Shown here one piece after another: positions 57,576-64,000 of a stretch of 64,000 nt of DNA (position 1 is the stretch's first letter; each line of letters begins with the position of its first letter). Source of the stretch: the human T2T-CHM13v2.0 reference genome, Homo sapiens; the NCBI RefSeq assembly GCF_009914755.1, contig NC_060942.1. The stretch is one strand, 5' to 3'. The position numbers and the translations under genes were made by a program. The notes under the pieces are model-generated. The model was given only the letters and a program-made list of their open reading frames with translations. It did no database searches and had not been told where the DNA came from.

Positions 57576-58839
57576 TCTTACAACTTTTGGAAAGACATCA
57601 GCTTGACTGAGGAACATGTGATTGTCATCTCGCCTAAGCGCTTTTACTGAAAGATCGAGAGAAAGACGTCTAAATTATGATACAGTCCAGAGTCAAATGA
57701 GCAAGTATAATTATTTTTATCAGCATCAATGCTTGGCAAAATAAATACTTGTTAAAAGAATGAATAATATATTCCTGTTAAATATAATATATGGCTGTTG
57801 TGTCAATATCAAAATCATAAAGGTGCCATCATGACATATGAGCAGAGTAACTGGCTGCAATTTTCTTAGGCTAAATAAATTTTTATCGTATCAGCAGAGA
57901 AGTTTTGAATGTTAGGCCTTCAGCTATACATATAATTTAGAGTTTTGATGCTGAAAACAGAAACCTATATCTGCTAGTAGAGTAAAGAAGTCATGTTTGA
58001 ATTATTCCTTTATATTCATAGAGTCTTTAAACATGAAGTCTCACTATGGTAAACTGATGGAAATACCAACACGTGAATTTATTATTAAGGAGTAAAAGTT
58101 GTACATTTTACATTATGTCATTAAGCAGCATGAATTTTTTCCCAATATAATCCATAGGTTCCCAAGGAGCATGAATGTTTTTTAAAAATGTCGAGTGATT
58201 TAGATTTCTGTTGGCTTGTACATCAATAGTTCCTCCCTATTGCAACAGTTTTTACAAAGCTGAGATGATCTGATATGCATACCAGTCATGTTAACCAAAA
58301 GACCTTGAAGACTTACCTGCTGGGGAATTTTTGCCCCCTAAATGGCTCACCCCACCATTTGTGGTTTCTCTATGCTTTATGTAATTTAGTAGCTCACATT
58401 CCTCCGCTCGCCATCCACACACACTGCTATTTCTTTTCTCTGCTTCTTATGGTATTCTGTCTGCACTTGTATCTATCTGCATTTGTATCCAGAGCAGCAT
58501 CTAATGCTCAAGACATTTGTTGAACTCATCTGACTACAACAACACACTTGTAGTTTTTCATATTTAACCTGCTAGGTATCTGGTTTATGGAACAAAACCC
58601 ATTGGCTCTTGAGTTGTTGCCATGTTGATGCTCTCAAGTCTTTTCTTGGAAGAGCATTTGAACATAGAGACATATTTCTCACCTCAGTAATTATGCTGAA
58701 AGTTCATTATGTGCCTTCAAAATATTTCTAAAGATGCAAGAAAGGGGATTGGAATTAAGTGGTTTAATTTATTGATGGTTTTTAGCACAAGTGAAGAGAG
58801 AAGAAAATATACTAATAATTTAATAGTGATGATGATAAT

Positions 58840-59085
58840 AAGAATAGCTCCGTCATATAGAGACCTTATTATGTGCCAGGCATGGTTCCAAGTGCTTCAA
58901 ATACATTAGTCCATTTAATCTTGACAACACCTTAAAGTAGGTTCAATCACCCCCCGATTTATAGAGGCAGAAATTGAGCCACAGAGAAGTAAAGTAACTT
59001 ATTCAAAGTAAGAAAGCTGGTAAGTCATGGAACCTGGGCTAAACACAGGTGGTCTGGCCCCAGAGTACAGATCCTCATCCACTAT
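58840..59085 (-). mobile_element. MIR SINE
   Basis: ttatgtgccaggcatggttccaagtgcttc...atagaggcagaaattgagccacagagaagtaaagtaactt. Confidence 0.75.
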
Positions 59086-59134
59086 GCCGAATTCATATGC
59101 CTTATGATTTCTATGCAAAATTTTCCTTTGTCGC

Positions 59135-59507
59135 TGATATGGTTTGGCTCTGTGTCCCTTCCCAAATCTCATGTTGAACTGTGATCTCGAGCGTTAGAGG
59201 TAGGACCTGGTGGGAGGTGATTGGCTTATCGAGGTGGTTTCTAATGTTTTAGCACCATCCCCACCAGTGCTGTCTCGTGATTGAGTTCTCACGAGATCTG
59301 ATTGTTTCAAAGGAACCCTTTGCTCTGTCTTCCTCCTGCTCTGGCCATGTGAAGACATACCTGCTTCCCCTCCGCCTTCTACTATCATTGTAAGTTTCCT
59401 GAGGTCTCCCAGCCATGGAGAACTGTGAGCCAGCTAAACCTCTTTTTCTTTATAAATTACACAGTCTCAGGTAGGTCTTTATATCAATGTGAGAATAGAC
59501 TAATACA
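59135..59507 (+). mobile_element. MST/THE1-type MaLR solo LTR (MSTA-like)
   Basis: tgatatggtttggctctgtgtccc...gactaataca; 5-bp TSD gtcgc/gtcac with one CpG transition. Confidence 0.92.
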
Positions 59508-62500
59508 GTCACCTTTTTCTGTAATTTCATTTTTAGATAGAAGAAACTTAAGAGTAAAGTAAGGTTGTTTGCCTAATCTAATCACACTCTAAGCCAAGAG
59601 CTCACGGTCTAAAGCTATCAAGGTGTAGCACATTATCCCCATAAATTTGCAAATGAATTTGAAAGGAAATGAATTGACAAAGCAGATTCCACAATTCTGA
59701 CCACTCCAGAAACAGAGTTAGGTCACTGTCTCTGTAGCAAAGAGAGAAGCCCCACCATGGGTTTTGGTTCAAAAGTCAAAGCTATCTTTGTGATTTTCTA
59801 AGTGCAAACACAGATGCCAATACTTGGAAGTGCTCTTCTAAACCACCTTTTGTCTGATTATAACCTTCAGCAGGCAACAGGAAGCCTTACTATGCGTTAC
59901 TCTGGGGCCATTGTGCAGAGTTTGTGGGTGTGTGTACAGAAAGGGCTCTATAGATTTCTCTCTGGGGGCAGATGAAGCCCATAAACATGTTCTATTCCTA
60001 TGATATGTGCATTTTAGCAGGAGAAACAGTAATACAACCAAATTTATTTCTCCCAGCTGAACTTTAAATTCTATGCTGTGGATTTTGGTCATCTACCCAT
60101 GAGCAAAACTGCTGTTCGTCTAAATTTTTTCTCAAAAAATAGTGTGAGGAACATTCTGTAGATAAATATTTGTACATGCTCTATTTCTTTTATTAGGATG
60201 AATTCCCTAGAAATGGAATGACTGCACCAAAGTCTATACAAACATTTCTGAAGCTTGCAGTCTTGTACCATGAACTGCCAGATCACTCTGCAGATACATG
60301 GTGCTAGTTTGCAAAGCTTACAGTGTCACCAGGCAGTGTATAAGTAAGTGTCTGCTGGGCTAATAACACCAGGTATTATCTTAAACAGAACAAAAAGCAA
60401 ACTTTGCCAATTCAATGTGTGGGGAAATGGTGTTTTATTATTTTAATGCATACTTTTTTATTTCTAATGAGGATAATATTTTATGTGCTGTGTGGGCCAT
60501 AGGAAGTTCTTTTGTGAACTGTCTGCTGTGAACACATTCTTTTCCTATTTTTCTATTGACTTATATGAAACTCAATTTTCATGAAAACAACCCTAAGTAC
60601 AAGTTGCTGAGTAGTTGCCATGGGTGTGGTACTGTGCTATGCTCACTGCTATCTTCTTCGTGGCAAATATTTTCCCAGGTGGTTTGTGTTTTAAAATACC
60701 CTCTTGTGAAATCATCACTCCTATTTCTTGAGGGAGTTTTTGGAGCAGTCTGTTTTAGAAGTCTACATTAGTTCATTTTTAGCATTTAACATCTTGAGTG
60801 GGGGCCTGTGTAGGCTGCCCCTGAGATTGTGCGGATCTGAGCGTGTCCTGCAATAGGAAGGGTGCCGGGTCCCAGCCTGAAGGTACATGTACTCAGTCGC
60901 TACCCTGGACGCCACGGCCTGTGACTGAGCTGGGGACCTCAGAATTAGGTTCCAGGTGCTCCATGGGCATTGCTCTGTGCCTGCTCTTCTACGGATCCCA
61001 AAGGGACAGAACCTTGAGGGCCGACATGCTGAGGGACACTGATGCCACTTTCCAGTGACACTAAAATATGGGATCACAGTGGTCCAGAGAGCTCTTGGAC
61101 ACTTACCCAAGAACCTCTTGAAAACTGCACAGGATTATGATTGAGGAAAAACAGCAACGACCCACTAGCCCTCAAAATATCGTGAGGCAGAGACATTTCT
61201 CTTGTGGTTTTGGAAACTGTCTACCCTGTTGCCATGGTTACGCAAAAGCTGGTTTAAAATGGCTCCTATGTTGGCATCTGGGCTGGGGCCTAACTACCCG
61301 TCTCCACCATTTTCTCTACTGCCTACCCCTTCCTCTCCTCCAGGAAGACGGTAAGCTCCCGGCATGGCTTCTGGGTGTAGTCACTGTGCCAAGCTTAAGG
61401 CTGGGCCAGTCCCACGAACTGCTCCTGCCTCCACCGGCTCACTCTACCAAGTCTGGACTTGCCACATATATGCTGCTGCCTGGGCTCCCTTCAGCTTCTC
61501 GCCGGCATCTCACTGGCTGTCATTGCCTTTCCTTGCTTGGAGAGGTAAGACTTGAGCTTTGGCTTGGGAATTGGGGTTGAAATAGGCAAAAGCAGTCTTT
61601 CCATCTGCTTTGGCTCTGGCCCATTAGGCTGGTGGAAGCTGGGGAAGGAGCTCTTCACTCAGTTCTGCCCTGTTCACCGGGTCTGTGCCTGGGGATGAGG
61701 AATCACCTGCTTCCTCTCTGGGACTGCAGCAGAAGGGCAGGGGGTGGAAAATGGTCAGATGGTGGTTTTTAAATCTGGATATGCTTTGGCATGGATTAGG
61801 GCATTTGTTAAATCTAGATTCCTGGGCCCTGTTTCCCTTTGTCTCAATAGGATAAGGTAGGACATGAGAGTCTACATTTGTAATTAATTAATTCATTAAT
61901 TATGCACAAGGTAATTCAAATGCAGCTCGTCTGGCCTTTGGAAAGCAGTGAATTTGGAGTAGGTCAAGTAGGTCACTTGTCCTGGCCAAAAGCATCTAAG
62001 GACATATTGCTTTCAACATCCTCCTTCTTGTAAACCTGAATGGCCCTTTAGCGCCACCTTTGCACAGAGAATTTTTTTTAAATGTAAGGTAATTGTAGTA
62101 ATGATTAATACCAGTTAAAGAAGATTACTTTTTGCAAGTGTGGCCTATAAATATAGCACCCAGTAAGGAATTTGGGAGTTCACATTTGACTTCCAAAACC
62201 ACCTTGGCCTTGATGGTGACTCATCTCCTCATCCAGAGATTGCAAGGTTGATGAATCTACAGTGCTCCAGCTTTCACATCCTCTGCTGTGCACCCTTGGT
62301 TTCTCACTCTCTTGTTCCTGCTTTCTTACCTGCACATCTCCCATAATGAGGGCTGCTGTGGCAGACACCAGACACCGACAGGCCTGGTCTCAGAAGTAGA
62401 AAGGTTGCGTGAGGGTGTCTAAAATATACTTAAGCATCCTAATAAGGCTGCTTCTAAAGTCGCCCACATGGTTAAATCCAAAGCATGTCAATATCCATTT

Positions 62501-64000
62501 GGGAAGGGCCCTTTTTAAAGGGCCCCTGGGCAGATGAAGGTTGTCCTGGCAGCTTGAGGTTGGTAGGTGAGTACACACATATAGCCCAGGCCAAAGAATT
62601 CATGACATCCCACCTCCCACAGATTGCAGGAGTCAAAAAGTTCCCTTGAGCAATTTTTCCCTCTAGACAGCCGGCCAATAACATCAACAAAAAGTGCCTC
62701 ATGTGCATCTTCTAAGCTCAGTGGCAGATGGGAACAACCCCCACAAGGACTGTGCCAGAATGAAGCTGTGATTTCAGCCTCTAAGATGGAACATTGCAGA
62801 AATACCCTTGGGGGGGAGCCTAGGCCCTGCCCACCAGCAGAAGCCAAATCTACCTCCTGTGCTTCCCACGTGGCCAAAGGGGGTGTGGCTGACAATGGGG
62901 AGAAAGTATGAAATGTGACAAGGGCAGCAAGGACAGGGCTACATTTGGAGGAGTCCGGCCTGGTCTCTGTCAATCTATCTCATAGATAAAAAACATGAAC
63001 AGGATCAGTGCAAAAACAATCACTTTCCCAGCCCTAAATACTCATTCCATGTCCATTTGACCACTTGGTGCTAGGCACTAACTGGCCAGAAACATAAAAC
63101 ACTTACTTAAATCAATTGGTGCACAAGTCATTAGAAAAAAAATTCAAGAAAGAAAAAGAATCAGATTCAGCTTAGATAATATGCTCCTAGATGCAGCATG
63201 GAAGCCAGGTAGGAAAAGCTGGGCCATGCCTGATTCCTACTGAAGGACCACCCAAAGGATAGACTGGGGACTGGACTCGGGGAGGTGACAGAAGTTAGGG
63301 GTTCAGCTTGCTGTCCAAACGAGTTCCCCACTTAGAGCAACATGAAAATCTCTACAGATTCCATGGGGAAACTTTTGACCTTGGGAGTTGCAGTTGGTTC
63401 AAGATAGTGGATCACTGGGTGATGCATTGCACTTGGGAATTCATGCATTTAATCAACTAATATTCTATAGACTTAGGACTTCTAACTTCAGAGGCTGTGC
63501 TCTTCCTGAGTCACCATCTTGGCCCTGTTACTAGGAGATAAAGCTAAAATAAGAGGGGAATTCAGATGGCTTCTGCCTTTCTGTAGCTTATAGTGCGGTG
63601 GGAAAATGGATGTGAATAAAATGATCAGCAAATACATGCAGTGGGCTGAGAATTGATCATCACGGTTCAGGTTGCAGAAATGGAATGTTCTCTATTTTCT
63701 CATATGTGAACTCCATTTGTTCTCAAGACCCCATTTCTGCTAAGGAGTTCAAAGGGTCTTTTTCATAACCTCTTTGGTAATTTCACAGCCAATTTAGAAA
63801 TCAAGTTTGATGGATTCAAAGCTTATTGATTAATGAAAGGACTCTTGTCTCTTCTTGGGAGGTTTCCCCTCCATTCTTCCTCTCTAGGTTTGCATCTGAG
63901 AGCAGAAAAATAACACAGCAGCTTTCTGGCTGTCTATTGTTCCTTTCCTGAAAGCCTAGCCCTCCTGGTGGTTGGCCACTGGCCTTAATCACCCTTGCAT

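Overview
Primate DNA, almost certainly human, from inside the DLGAP1 (SAPAP1/GKAP) gene, which runs on the minus strand. The window holds the 1,029-nt first coding exon of the long isoform (10459-9431, 319 codons, CpG-rich). It also holds two short alternative first coding exons near 4.5-5.1 kb (MIDLFKAEW... and MDLKTLKLF...) that splice in the same phase. The rest is intronic. It carries a microRNA hairpin on the opposite strand (MIR6718), a full-length U6-LINE-1 chimeric retrocopy with target-site duplication (TSD), about 17 Alus including a mosaic AluY/AluYb8, two solo LTRs, DNA-transposon fossils, L1/L2/MIR remnants and several STRs. Most ORF-track entries are repeat- or GC-derived artefacts. 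I found no evidence of a wholly new biological system. The best leads are a uORF whose stop overlaps the DLGAP1 start codon, the alternative first-exon architecture with tandem donors, the mosaic Alu, the U6-L1 chimera and a possible LTR-terminated antisense host transcript for the miRNA. Gene and repeat-family names come from recall, not from a search, and repeat boundaries without TSDs are approximate.
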